Source: Planctomycetota bacterium
Lineage (GTDB): Bacteria; Planctomycetota; UBA8742; UBA2392
Length of the DNA: 64,000 nucleotides
Assembly (NCBI GenBank): GCA_020638635.1
Contig: JACKIE010000001.1
Coordinates: forward strand, 305,906 to 369,905
Reading direction: 5' to 3'
Each line of letters opens with the position of its first letter. The first letter of the stretch is position 1. Below, one piece after another: positions 36,573 to 45,760 of the stretch. Both the position numbers and the translations under genes were made by a program. Below the pieces are notes generated by a model, which was not told the DNA's origin, searched no databases, and was given only the letters and a program-made list of their open reading frames with translations.

Positions 36573-37337
36573 CTACTTCTTGCGTTCCAGGAAATCGGTC
36601 ATGCGCTTCATCTTGTCTTCGCTTTCGAACAGCATGGCCTGCGCGACTGATTCAAATACCAGGCCGGTCTCCAGGCCGGTGCGGCTGCTCTGGTTCAGGG
36701 CCTGCTTGGCGACGCGGATCGCCAGCGGCCCCTTCTTGCAGATGGTCTCGGCGATCTTGAGCGCCTGGTTCATCACCTCGGCGTCTTCCACCACGTGATT
36801 CAGCAGGCCGATGCGATGGGCCTCCGCCGCCTCGATGATCCAGCCGGTCAGCACCAGCTCTTTGGCGCGGCCCAGCCCCACGATGCGCGGCAGGCGCTGG
36901 GTGCCGCCCGCGGCCGGGATGATGCCGAGGTTGACCTCGGGCTGGCCCATCTTGGCGGACTTGCCGCCGACGCGGATGTCGCAGGCGAGGCTGAGCTCGC
37001 AGCCGCCGCCGAGCGCGTAGCCCTTGATGGCGGCGATCACCGGCGCCGGGTTGAGCTCGATCTTGTTGAACAGGGCGTTGTTGATGGCGGCCAGGCTTTC
37101 CAGCGCCTTGCGCTCGCGCAGCTCAGCGATGTCGGCGCCGGCGGCGAAGTCGTCCCCTTGACCGGTCAAGATCACGCAGCCGGCCTCGGTGTCTTCGCGC
37201 AGCGCGTCGAAAGCCGCGTGCAGCTCGGCGACCATGGCCTTGTTGATGGCGTTCTTCACCTCGGGGCGCTTCAGCGTAATGATCACGATGCGCGGGTTGC
37301 CGGCGTGACGCTCGACGGATATCAGCTTGTAGGCCAT
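36573..37337 (-). CDS. enoyl-CoA hydratase (crotonase family)
   Basis: Start at MAYKLISVERH. FAAGADIAE oxyanion region and GYALGGGCELSLACD. Confidence 0.9.
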   Translation of the reverse strand: MAYKLISVERHAGNPRIVIITLKRPEVKNAINKAMVAELHAAFDALREDTEAGCVILTGQGDDFAAGADIAELRERKALESLAAINNALFNKIELNPAPVIAAIKGYALGGGCELSLACDIRVGGKSAKMGQPEVNLGIIPAAGGTQRLPRIVGLGRAKELVLTGWIIEAAEAHRIGLLNHVVEDAEVMNQALKIAETICKKGPLAIRVAKQALNQSSRTGLETGLVFESVAQAMLFESEDKMKRMTDFLERKK

Positions 37338-37375
37338 GGCGATTCCTTCCGTGTTGAAGGGATTGTGTGTTTCCA

Positions 37376-37523
37376 AAGCCCGGCCAGCAATGGCCGGGGA
37401 TCCGGCTGGTGCGCGAACCGCTACGGCAAAGCCCCCTCCGAAGGGAAGCACGTTCGCCTTGATGCCCGCGGGGCACAGGCTGGATGCGCGACGACGTAAT
37501 CCCCGGCCATGGCTGGCCGGGTT
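37376..37523. repeat. REPIN/MITE-like element, copy 3 (internal core inverted relative to copies 1-2)
   Basis: AAGCCCGGCCAGCAATGGCCGGGGAT (37376-37401) and ATCCCCGGCCATGGCTGGCCGGGTT (37499-37523). The reverse complement of the interior contains GCATCAAGGCGAACGTGCTTCCCTTCGG. Confidence 0.8.
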
Positions 37524-37535
37524 TTACCCGCGCCG

Positions 37536-37883
37536 CTACTCGTAGAGGTTCTCGACGTCCACGTTGTCGTTCTCGGTGAAGCTGCCGAGCATGTAGTCGT
37601 GAGGGCTGGGCAGCAGGCTCATGTCGCCGCCGTGGTAGAGCTCGACGTGCTTCAGCATGTCGCGGGGGCTGCGGAACGCCAGGTAGATGAAGAAGGTGCG
37701 CTCGCGGTCCTTGATGCTGAACCCGCCGGGGCTTTCGCCGCCCGGGTGCGGCTCGGGTACGATGTAGCTGCCGTGCACGAAGCCCGGGTTCAGCTTCGCG
37801 GCCTTGATGTAGCGGTCGAGCGCGAGGCGCGTGTCGGCCTCTTCACCCTGCTGGCAGGTCACCTTGATCAGCTGGCAGTACAT
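37536..37883 (-). CDS. hypothetical protein
   Basis: 115 aa. It starts 3 nt after the upstream dehydrogenase stop, with coding-like composition. No family recognised. Confidence 0.5.
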   Translation of the reverse strand: MYCQLIKVTCQQGEEADTRLALDRYIKAAKLNPGFVHGSYIVPEPHPGGESPGGFSIKDRERTFFIYLAFRSPRDMLKHVELYHGGDMSLLPSPHDYMLGSFTENDNVDVENLYE

Positions 37884-37886
37884 GCA

Positions 37887-38936
37887 TTACCCCCACTTCG
37901 CCAGGTCCAATACGACCTTGCCGAACGCCTGGCGCGACTCTACGTACTCGTGCGCCTTTGCCACTTCCGCCACGGGGAACACCCGGTCCACCACCGGCTT
38001 CAGCTTCTTCTGGCACAGCAGCTTCCACACCGTGAGTTGGTCCGCCTTCGGGCCCATCGTGCTTCCAATGATGCTCACGCGCTTGAAGAACACCGCCCGC
38101 AGGTTCAGCGGCACCTCGCCGCCCGTGGTGCTGCCGCACATCACGATGCGCCCGCCCCACTTGATCGCCTTCATGTTGCCGGCGAACGTCTCCGGTCCGA
38201 TGTGGTCGAAGATCACGTCCACTCCGCCGCGCCCCACGATCTTCTTGGTCTCTTCTACGAAGTCATGGGTGCGGTAGTTAACAGTGTAGTCGGCCCCGAG
38301 CGCCTTTGCTTTCACCAACTTTTCGTCACTTCCCGCGGTGGTAATGACCGTCGCACCCAGCAGCTTGGCGATCTGGATGCCCGCGCTGGTCACGCCGCTG
38401 CCGGCCGCGTGCATCAGCACCGTCTCGCCGGGCTGCAGCTCGGCCTTGCGCAGCATGGTGTAGGCGGTCAGGAACACCAGCGGGCAGGCCGCGGCGTCCG
38501 TGAAGCTCATCCAGTCCGGCATGGGCATCAGGTTTACGGCCGGCGCGTCCATGAACTCGGCGCAGCCGCCGTTGCGAGTTTCGCCGAAGATGCCGTAGTC
38601 GCGCGCGAGGTGGATCTTGCCGGACATGGCTTCTTCAGAGGTCGGTCTGGCGAAGCCGGGCATGACGGCCACGCGCTGGCCGAGCTCGACGTTGTCCACC
38701 AGCTCGCCTTTCTCGACCACCACGCCGGCGATGTCGGTGCCGAGGATCATGGGCAGGGGGAACTTGTGGCCGGGCACACCCTTGCGCACCCAGAGGTCGA
38801 GGTGGTTGATGCCGGAGGCGCGCACGCCGACCAGTACTTCATCGGCGCGGATTTTCGGGCGCGGGGCGGGCTCGATCAGCAGCTTGTCAATGCCGCCATG
38901 CTCGCGGACCAGCACGGCTTTCATGGTTTCAGTCAT
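37887..38936 (-). CDS. zinc-type alcohol dehydrogenase / quinone oxidoreductase (MDR family)
   Basis: MKAVLVREHGG..., nucleotide-binding AAGSGVTSAGIQIAKLLGA, and C-terminal GKVVL. Confidence 0.88.
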   Translation of the reverse strand: MTETMKAVLVREHGGIDKLLIEPAPRPKIRADEVLVGVRASGINHLDLWVRKGVPGHKFPLPMILGTDIAGVVVEKGELVDNVELGQRVAVMPGFARPTSEEAMSGKIHLARDYGIFGETRNGGCAEFMDAPAVNLMPMPDWMSFTDAAACPLVFLTAYTMLRKAELQPGETVLMHAAGSGVTSAGIQIAKLLGATVITTAGSDEKLVKAKALGADYTVNYRTHDFVEETKKIVGRGGVDVIFDHIGPETFAGNMKAIKWGGRIVMCGSTTGGEVPLNLRAVFFKRVSIIGSTMGPKADQLTVWKLLCQKKLKPVVDRVFPVAEVAKAHEYVESRQAFGKVVLDLAKWG

Positions 38937-38950
38937 GGCCGCGCATGTTG

Positions 38951-39038
38951 GTGAACAAGAGCCCGGAGCGCAAGCGACGGGTTGACGCGCATTTGGTTAA
39001 CGGGCTCCCGGTCGCTTGCGCTCCCGGCTCCTGTTCAC
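38951..39038. repeat. long imperfect intergenic hairpin
   Basis: Arm 38951-38981 (GTGAACAAGAGCCCGGAGCGCAAGCGACGGG) against 39007-39038. 28 of 31 positions are complementary. The right arm overlaps the dxr stop codon. Confidence 0.85.
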
Positions 39039-40192
39039 AGCTTCGCGGCCTGCTCTCGGGCCCAGCGGTCGGCCTCGAGCACCTGCTCGAGGCTGGGCTG
39101 GGTGATGTTGCTGTGCTTGTCCACCACGCTGCGCACGGTTTTGTAGATGTCGAGGTAGGCGATCTGCTCATTCAGGAAACGCTCCACGGCCACCTCGTTG
39201 GCGGCGTTGAACACGGCGCCGAGCGTGCCGCCGGCCTCGGCCACGGCAAAGCCAAGCTCGAGGGCCGGGAACTTCTCGTAATCCACGGGCTCGAAGTTCA
39301 GTGTGCTCATGCGCTCCCAGGGCCAGGTGGGCACCGGCTGCGCGATGCGCTGCGGGTAGCTGAGCGCGAACTGGATGGGGATCTTCATGTCGGTCGGGCC
39401 AAGGTGCGCGATGATGCTGGCGTCCACGAACTCGACCATGCTGTGCACGACGCTCTGCGGGTGAATCACGGCGTCCAGCTTGCTGCGCGGCACGTCGAAC
39501 AGCCAGCGCGCCTCGATCACTTCCAGCGCCTTGTTGAACAGGGTGCTGGAGTCAATCGTGATCTTGGGCCCCATCTCCCAGGTCGGGTGTTTTAAAGCCT
39601 GCTTGAGGGTGACCTTCTTCAGCTCGCTGAGCGGCGTGGTGCGGAAAGGGCCGCCTGAAGCCGTCAGTATGATGCGCTTGATCTCGTCGTGGTTCTCGCC
39701 GCGCAGGCACTGGAAGATCGCCGAGTGCTCGGAATCCACGGGCAGCAGCTCCGCGCCGGTCTGCTTGCAGATCGCGGTCAGTAGCGGCCCGGTCATCACC
39801 AACGATTCCTTGTTGGCGAGCGCGATGCGCTTGCCGCGCCTGGCGGCCTCAAGCACCGCGGGCAGGCCGGCGGCGCCGGTCACGCTGGCGAGCAGCACGT
39901 CGTAGTCCAGCTCGCGGGCGAGGTCCACCATGTGCTGGTCGCCGTCGAGCAGCCACTCGGTCTTGGTGTCTAGCGCGTTGATCGCCGCGTGAGCGGCCTT
40001 CACGGCCTCGGCGTTGGTGAGCGCCGCGACCTGCGGTTGGAACTCGCGCACGGCCTCGATCAGCGCCTCGTGGCGACGGCCGGCGGCGACGCCGACCAGT
40101 TCAAAGCGCGCGGCGTGCTTGCGCAGGACATCAAGGGTGCTGGCGCCGATGCTGCCGGAAGCGCCCAGAAGAAGGACTTTGGTTCGTGCCAT
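39035..40192 (-). CDS. dxr: 1-deoxy-D-xylulose 5-phosphate reductoisomerase
   Basis: KVLLLGASGSIGASTLDV NADPH motif, LANKESLV and DSEHSAIFQCL motifs. Confidence 0.95.
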   Translation of the reverse strand: MARTKVLLLGASGSIGASTLDVLRKHAARFELVGVAAGRRHEALIEAVREFQPQVAALTNAEAVKAAHAAINALDTKTEWLLDGDQHMVDLARELDYDVLLASVTGAAGLPAVLEAARRGKRIALANKESLVMTGPLLTAICKQTGAELLPVDSEHSAIFQCLRGENHDEIKRIILTASGGPFRTTPLSELKKVTLKQALKHPTWEMGPKITIDSSTLFNKALEVIEARWLFDVPRSKLDAVIHPQSVVHSMVEFVDASIIAHLGPTDMKIPIQFALSYPQRIAQPVPTWPWERMSTLNFEPVDYEKFPALELGFAVAEAGGTLGAVFNAANEVAVERFLNEQIAYLDIYKTVRSVVDKHSNITQPSLEQVLEADRWAREQAAKL

Positions 40193-40261
40193 AAGGACAA
40201 CCCTGACTCGACAGAGCCCGCCCTGTCAAGGGTGGGCTTTGTATGCCGGAATGCACAGGTG

Positions 40262-40296
40262 GCGGGAAAACAGAAACCCCCGCGTTAACGCGGGGG
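40262..40296 (-). terminator. rho-independent terminator of the citrate synthase gene
   Basis: On the minus strand, CCCCCGCG-TTAA-CGCGGGGG is followed by TTTCTGTTTTCC. Confidence 0.7.
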
Positions 40297-40314
40297 CTCT
40301 GGGTGGTGGTGCTG

Positions 40315-41457
40315 CTAGCGTTCGGACATGGCCGGGAACTTGCGGTCGATTTCCCCGATGTAATGGGCACCCGGGCGGATCAGCTTGTTGTGGTTCTGCT
40401 GCTCGATCACGTGCGCGGCCCAGCCTGCCACGCGGCTGACGGCGAAGATGGGCGTGAAGATCTCGGGCGGCAGGCCCATCATGAAGTAGGTGCTGGCGCT
40501 ATAGAAGTCCACGTTCGGGTAGAGCGGCTTCTCGCGCTTCTTCATGAGCTCTTCGATCTGTGTGCTCATCTCGTACCACTTGGTGGTGCCGCGCTCTTCG
40601 CCCGTCTTCTTGCTGTACTTCTTGAGCACGATCGCCCGCGGGTCCAGCACCTTGTAGACGCGGTGGCCGAAGCCCATCAGGCGGAACGACTTGTCCTGCA
40701 GCTTGTCGTTCAGCCAGCTTTCCACGCGCGCGGGCTCACCGATATCAAGCAGGGTCTTGATCACGCCCTCGTTGGCGCCGCCGTGCAGCGGGCCCTTCAG
40801 CGCGCCCACGGCGCCGGTCACGGCGCTGTACATGTCGGACAGCGTCGCGGCGATCACGCGGGCCGTGAAGGTGCTGGCGTTGAAGCCGTGCTCGGCGTGC
40901 AGCACGAGCGCGCAGTCCATGGTGCGGGCGGCGTCGGCGCCGGGGCGCTCGCCGTGCAGCATGTACAGGAAGTTCGAGGCGTGGTCGAGCTCCGGGTCCG
41001 GCGCGATCGGCTCGTGGCCGCGGCGCAGGCGGTAGTCGGCCGCCACGATTTCCGGGAACTGGGCGACCAGGCGGATGGCCTTCTGGTAGCGCCCTTCGTC
41101 GGTGTTGTCGTTGGGGCTGGGGTCGGTGAGCGCCAGGGTGCTGGCGGCGGTGCGCAGGATATCCATGGGGATGGAGGTCTTGGGCGCGCTCTTTATCACG
41201 TCGCGCACGCCATAGGGCAGGCCCCGGGCCGCGACCAGGTCTTTCTTGATCTGCTTGAGCTCCGCTTCGTTGGGCAGCTTGCCCTTCAGCAGCAGGTAGA
41301 CGACCTCTTCGTAGCTGCAATGCTCCGCCAGGTCCTCGATGCTGTAGCCGTAGTAGTAAAGCTTGCCGATGCCGCCGTCGATCTTGCAGATGCGCGTGTC
41401 GTCAATGACCACGCCCTGCAGGCCGTAAGCAATCTGCGGAGTCGCTTGTTCTGCCAT
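40315..41457 (-). CDS. gltA: citrate synthase (small, ~380-aa type)
   Basis: GLQGVVIDDTRICKIDG, LVLHAEHGFNASTF and MGFGHRVYK catalytic-His contexts. Confidence 0.92.
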   Translation of the reverse strand: MAEQATPQIAYGLQGVVIDDTRICKIDGGIGKLYYYGYSIEDLAEHCSYEEVVYLLLKGKLPNEAELKQIKKDLVAARGLPYGVRDVIKSAPKTSIPMDILRTAASTLALTDPSPNDNTDEGRYQKAIRLVAQFPEIVAADYRLRRGHEPIAPDPELDHASNFLYMLHGERPGADAARTMDCALVLHAEHGFNASTFTARVIAATLSDMYSAVTGAVGALKGPLHGGANEGVIKTLLDIGEPARVESWLNDKLQDKSFRLMGFGHRVYKVLDPRAIVLKKYSKKTGEERGTTKWYEMSTQIEELMKKREKPLYPNVDFYSASTYFMMGLPPEIFTPIFAVSRVAGWAAHVIEQQNHNKLIRPGAHYIGEIDRKFPAMSER

Positions 41458-41617
41458 GTCACAATCCCTTGAAATAGCCGCTTTGGCTCTCTTCCGGTCG
41501 CTGGTGCGGCGATTCTAACCGCGCCCCCCCCGGGCGCAAGCCGCGTCAAACCCGCCATCTGCGCGGCTTCTGCCCGGGTGCTTGTTACGGCCGCCGCAGC
41601 CCTGTACAACTCCTGCC

Positions 41618-42334
41618 ATGGGTGAGACCGGGTACAAGAGGCCGCTGCTGAAGCTTTCCGGCGAAGCATTCAGCCCCAAGGGCGGCATGGGCATCGACGG
41701 CGAGCAGATGTTGTCAATCGCCCGAACCATCAAGCATGTCGTGGAGCTTCCAGTCCAGCTGGCCGTCGTGGTCGGCGGCGGCAACTTCGTGCGCGGCGCG
41801 CAGCTGAACATACCGAGCATCGGCAAGGCCACGGCCGATTACATGGGCATGCTGGCCACGGTGATGAACGCCATCGCGCTGCAGGACACCTGCGAAAGCA
41901 TCGGCCTGCAGACCCGCGTGCTGAGCAGCCTTGACGTGCCGCGCGTAGCCGAGAAGTGGGTGCGCCGCCGCGCCATCCGGCACATGGAAAAGGGCCGGGT
42001 GGTGATCATCGCCGCCGGCACCGGCAACCCGCACTTCACCACGGACACGGCGGCCGCCCAGCGCGCGATCGAGATCGGCTGCGACGTGATCATCAAGGCC
42101 ACCAAGGTGGACGGCGTGTACGACAGCGACCCCAAGAAGAACGCCGGCGCCAAGCGCTTCACGCGCCTGACCTACCAGGAGGCGCTGGAGAAGAACCTGC
42201 GCTTCATGGACCAGACCGCCATCGCCCTGTGCCGCGAGCACAAGATGCCCGTGATGGTCACCGACATGAACGTGCCCGGAAACATCGAGCGCGCCATCCG
42301 CGGCGAAGACGTCGGCACGGTGATCGAGGCCTAG
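41618..42334 (+). CDS. pyrH: UMP kinase
   Basis: Start at MGETGYKRPLLKLSGEAF. VVGGGNFVRG and GTGNPHFTTDTAAAQRA motifs. Confidence 0.95.
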   Translation: MGETGYKRPLLKLSGEAFSPKGGMGIDGEQMLSIARTIKHVVELPVQLAVVVGGGNFVRGAQLNIPSIGKATADYMGMLATVMNAIALQDTCESIGLQTRVLSSLDVPRVAEKWVRRRAIRHMEKGRVVIIAAGTGNPHFTTDTAAAQRAIEIGCDVIIKATKVDGVYDSDPKKNAGAKRFTRLTYQEALEKNLRFMDQTAIALCREHKMPVMVTDMNVPGNIERAIRGEDVGTVIEA

Positions 42335-42422
42335 AGCGCCGGTTTTCGCGCCCGGCGGTCCGATGCCGGTTTACCCCCCGGGTTGAAAACCTATAACAGG
42401 GACCGGGTTACAGGAGCCGACC

Positions 42423-42989
42423 ATGACGCGCGATTACGAAACGATCATGCTGGAAACCGAAGAGGCCATGGAGAAGGTGTTTGAGCACCTGCGCCACGAG
42501 TTCCTGGGCATCAGCGCCGGCAAGGCCAGCCCGGCCATGGTCGAGAACATCAAGTTCGACTACTACGGATCGCCCACGCCGCTGAAACAGGCCGCCACCA
42601 TCAACACGCCGGACGCCACCACCATCACGCTGAAGCCCTTCGACCAGAGCCAGACCAAGAACATCAGCAAGGCGATCATGGAGGCGAACATCGGACTGAC
42701 GCCCAGCGACGACGGCAAGGTGATCATCTGCCGCATTCCGCCCATGACACAGGAGAACCGCGAGCGCCTCGCCAAGCAGCTCAAGGACATGGCGGAGAAA
42801 ACGAAGGTCGGTATTCGCAACGCGCGCCACGAGGCCATCAAGCACGGCGATGCCAGCTTGAAAGACAGCATCCTCACTGAGGACGACCACCGCGGCCTGA
42901 AGGATGAAGTCCAGAAACTCACGGACAAGTTCAACAAGTCGATCGAGGAACTGCTCGACAAGAAGACCGCCGACGTAATGAAGGTGTAG
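42423..42989 (+). CDS. frr: ribosome recycling factor
   Basis: 188 aa. ...ENIKFDYYGSPTPLKQAATINTPDATTITLKPFD... and IRNARHEA are typical Frr. Confidence 0.95.
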   Translation: MTRDYETIMLETEEAMEKVFEHLRHEFLGISAGKASPAMVENIKFDYYGSPTPLKQAATINTPDATTITLKPFDQSQTKNISKAIMEANIGLTPSDDGKVIICRIPPMTQENRERLAKQLKDMAEKTKVGIRNARHEAIKHGDASLKDSILTEDDHRGLKDEVQKLTDKFNKSIEELLDKKTADVMKV

Positions 42990-43013
42990 CGCGTCCAGAA
43001 AGAACCCAACCAT

Positions 43014-43633
43014 CAGAGCCCATCGTGTAAACGATGGGCTTCTGCGTACGGCCTACAGCCCGCCAGCATGCCCTCAATGCCACGTCGGATACCATTCGCC
43101 TACTTCATCACCTTCACGTCCTATGGCACCTGGTTGCATGGCGACATCCGCACCTGGGTTGACCGGGAACACAACGAGTTCGGCACGGAACGAATGACTC
43201 ACAACCCGCTGCTCCATGCGATCCGGAGGCGCGGCCTTAAGCACCCCGCGGTGACGCTGTCCGCACCTATGATTCATGCAGTGCTGCAAGCCATCCGCGA
43301 GGTGTGCGACCATCGCGGCTGGACGCTGGTGCGAGTGAACGTACGGACCAACCATGTACACACACTGGTACAAGCCAACGCAGAGGCCGAAAAGCTGCTC
43401 GGTGATTTCAAGCGCTACACCACTCGCCGACTGCGAGTCGAAGAACTGATCGAACCCGACAGGCCAGTCTGGACCGATGGTGGCAGCACCATCTACGTAT
43501 GGGATCGCGAGTCATTCAACCGCATCGACCGCTACATCCGCTACGGACAAGGTGAGAACCTGGGCGGACTTGCCGGCCATGACGCCTGAAGATTGCGGTG
43601 CGCGGTGGCCCATCGTTTACACGATGGGCTCTG
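43014..43633 (+). mobile_element. RAYT/IS200-like single-gene unit bounded by perfect 26-nt inverted hairpin repeats
   Basis: CAGAGCCCATCGTGTAAACGATGGGC at 43014-43039. Its exact reverse complement is at 43608-43633. Each copy contains an 8-bp-stem hairpin, GCCCATCG-(6 nt)-CGATGGGC. Confidence 0.7.
43068..43589 (+). CDS. REP-associated tyrosine transposase (Y1 HUH, IS200-like)
   Basis: 173 aa. FITFTSYGTWLHGD N-terminal strand, HUH motif NHVHTLV, and C-terminal RIDRYIRYGQGEN with the candidate catalytic Tyr. Confidence 0.65.
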   Translation: MPSMPRRIPFAYFITFTSYGTWLHGDIRTWVDREHNEFGTERMTHNPLLHAIRRRGLKHPAVTLSAPMIHAVLQAIREVCDHRGWTLVRVNVRTNHVHTLVQANAEAEKLLGDFKRYTTRRLRVEELIEPDRPVWTDGGSTIYVWDRESFNRIDRYIRYGQGENLGGLAGHDA

Positions 43634-43663
43634 GGGAGACTCGGTTTTCAAAGAGCGGCCCTG

Positions 43664-44053
43664 CTACCCGGTCTGGGCCACTGGGGCTGCTTCCTCCTGT
43701 TCCGGCTGCTGGAACTTGCGCAGCAGTTCGTCGATGCGCTCGAGCTCTTCTCCCACCAAGTCGTCCAGCAGCCCCTCGACCTGCCCTTCGGGCGCAGCCT
43801 CCTGTTCCGATTCTTCCTCCGCGTAGCGCACCAGCAGCTCGCCGGCGCGCAGGGCCTGGCCGTAGCTGACCCGCGGCTTTTCGGCGCCGCTCGCCAGGTC
43901 TTCGTTGGCGGCGTCCACCATGGCCTCCAGCAGCTTCATCACCTTGGCCTTGGCGTTTGAGCGCCGGCCCGGCTCGGGCCGGCTCGCCGGAACTCGTGTC
44001 GGGCCGGGCCTCAGCATCCGCCGCATGCGTTTCTGTCGCGATTTCTTTCCCAT
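43664..44053 (-). CDS. hypothetical protein (basic N-terminus, acidic helical C-terminus)
   Basis: 129 aa. MGKKSRQKRMRRM... No family recognised. Confidence 0.45.
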   Translation of the reverse strand: MGKKSRQKRMRRMLRPGPTRVPASRPEPGRRSNAKAKVMKLLEAMVDAANEDLASGAEKPRVSYGQALRAGELLVRYAEEESEQEAAPEGQVEGLLDDLVGEELERIDELLRKFQQPEQEEAAPVAQTG

Positions 44054-44238
44054 CTTTCACCTCGTTGGTTGGCACTTCCCCAAGCCTAACCAGCCGTGCG
44101 ACACGATTTGCCTTTCACGCATGCGCCGTCGCCCCCGAAAGCCCTTGGCGAAGCCATTCACGGGCCGACAAAAAAATTTTCAGACCGGTGCGGCGCTACC
44201 CCGCAGTTACTACAATCACGCCCCGGAAAGGAGTTCTC

Positions 44239-45714
44239 ATGCGTTGTCTGCTGCTCGCCGCCGCCTTGCTGCTGGCGCCCGCCTTGCTTGCCGATGATTC
44301 AGGCCTGGTCGCTCCGGCCGCCACGGAGTCCGACCTCGGCTCCTCGGGCCTGCGCTTCACCACCTCGGACGAAAGCTTCGAGTTCACCATGATCACGGCC
44401 GTGCAGTTCCGGTACACCTGGCACGACACGCGCGGAGAAGGCGCCAACGGCGACAACGGGCGCGACTTCCACAACTTCCGCTTCTATGGCGCGCGCAGCT
44501 TCTTCCACGGGCATGTCTTCAACCGCAGCTTCCAGTACCGGCTGTGGCTGGTCTGGAGCTGGCCCGGCACCGTGCGCATCGAGGACGCGTATTTCCGCTG
44601 GGCGCCCGAGGAGTACTTCAACGTCACCGTCGGCCAGATGCGCGTGCCCGCCACCTGGGAGTACCTGGTTGACCACGAGCGTACCGCCCTGCCCGACCGC
44701 GCCATCGCCGACGCCGCCTTCAGCCAGGGCTGGGGCAAGGGCATCGAGATCTCCGGCCGCCTGGGCCTGTACGACACGGAGTTCGACCAGGGCCTGCTGA
44801 CCTGGGCCGTGGGCCTGTTCAACGGCGCGCTGGCCAGCGTTGACGGCGCCCAGGGCCGCGGCACCATCGCCGCCGACGGTGTGCACGTGACGGACCAGCA
44901 AGCCACCGAGCAGCTCGAGGGCGGCTTCCGCAACAGCGACTGGAAAGTGAACCCCGAGGTGTTCGGCCAGATCGTGGACGCGCAGATGATGGTGGCCGCG
45001 CGCCTCGAGTTCCACCCCATGGGCGAGGTGTTCAAGCACATGGTGGACATCGGTGCGCTGGACGACACGGCCGCGTGGTTCTTCATGGTGGGCCTTGCGG
45101 TGAACTGGATGAGCGCGCGGGTGGACGGCTACACCACGTTCCTGGACGCGATCTACCACAACAGCAACGCGGCGGCCTCGCTGGCGCCACCGGCCAGCGG
45201 GCGCAAGCGTGTTGACGCGTCAATCTTCCACGCGACCGTGGACGGGCACTACCGCTGGATCGGCCTGAGCGTGAACTGGGCGTTGCACTATCGCACGGTC
45301 AGCTTCAACGCGACTGGGCGGCTGAACGACTTCGACCTCGAGGACGACCCCTACGTGGTGAAGGGCACCCACGACTTCGGCGCGACGATTGACGTCGGCT
45401 ACTTCGTGCTGCCGGACCAGCTGGTGCTCAGCACCCGCTTCAGCTACGTGGATTTCGACGAGTTCAAGTCGCGCGAGATCGGCACCAGCAATCCCATCGA
45501 CGGCGACGCCTTCGGGGCGGACAGCTACGAGTACGGCGGCGGGCTGTGCTGGTTCATCCACGGCGACAACCTGAAGCTGCAGGCCGACTACAGGTACGTC
45601 GCCCAGCAACTGCCCCACGGCAATTCACGCAGCGGCGCCACAGCCGGCACAGTAAGGGTAAGCGACTGGCGAGTGTTCCACGAAATCCGCCTGCAATTGC
45701 AGTGGATGTTCTGA
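44239..45714 (+). CDS. outer-membrane beta-barrel porin (OprO/P-like)
   Basis: GGAAAGGAG RBS. Signal peptide MRCLLLAAALLLAPALLADD. Alternating beta-strand pattern and terminal aromatic residue (LQLQWMF). Confidence 0.65.
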   Translation: MRCLLLAAALLLAPALLADDSGLVAPAATESDLGSSGLRFTTSDESFEFTMITAVQFRYTWHDTRGEGANGDNGRDFHNFRFYGARSFFHGHVFNRSFQYRLWLVWSWPGTVRIEDAYFRWAPEEYFNVTVGQMRVPATWEYLVDHERTALPDRAIADAAFSQGWGKGIEISGRLGLYDTEFDQGLLTWAVGLFNGALASVDGAQGRGTIAADGVHVTDQQATEQLEGGFRNSDWKVNPEVFGQIVDAQMMVAARLEFHPMGEVFKHMVDIGALDDTAAWFFMVGLAVNWMSARVDGYTTFLDAIYHNSNAAASLAPPASGRKRVDASIFHATVDGHYRWIGLSVNWALHYRTVSFNATGRLNDFDLEDDPYVVKGTHDFGATIDVGYFVLPDQLVLSTRFSYVDFDEFKSREIGTSNPIDGDAFGADSYEYGGGLCWFIHGDNLKLQADYRYVAQQLPHGNSRSGATAGTVRVSDWRVFHEIRLQLQWMF

Positions 45715-45760
45715 GCAACCCGCCAGGCCCGCCGGCATGGGTTCGTGCGCATGGTGTGCG

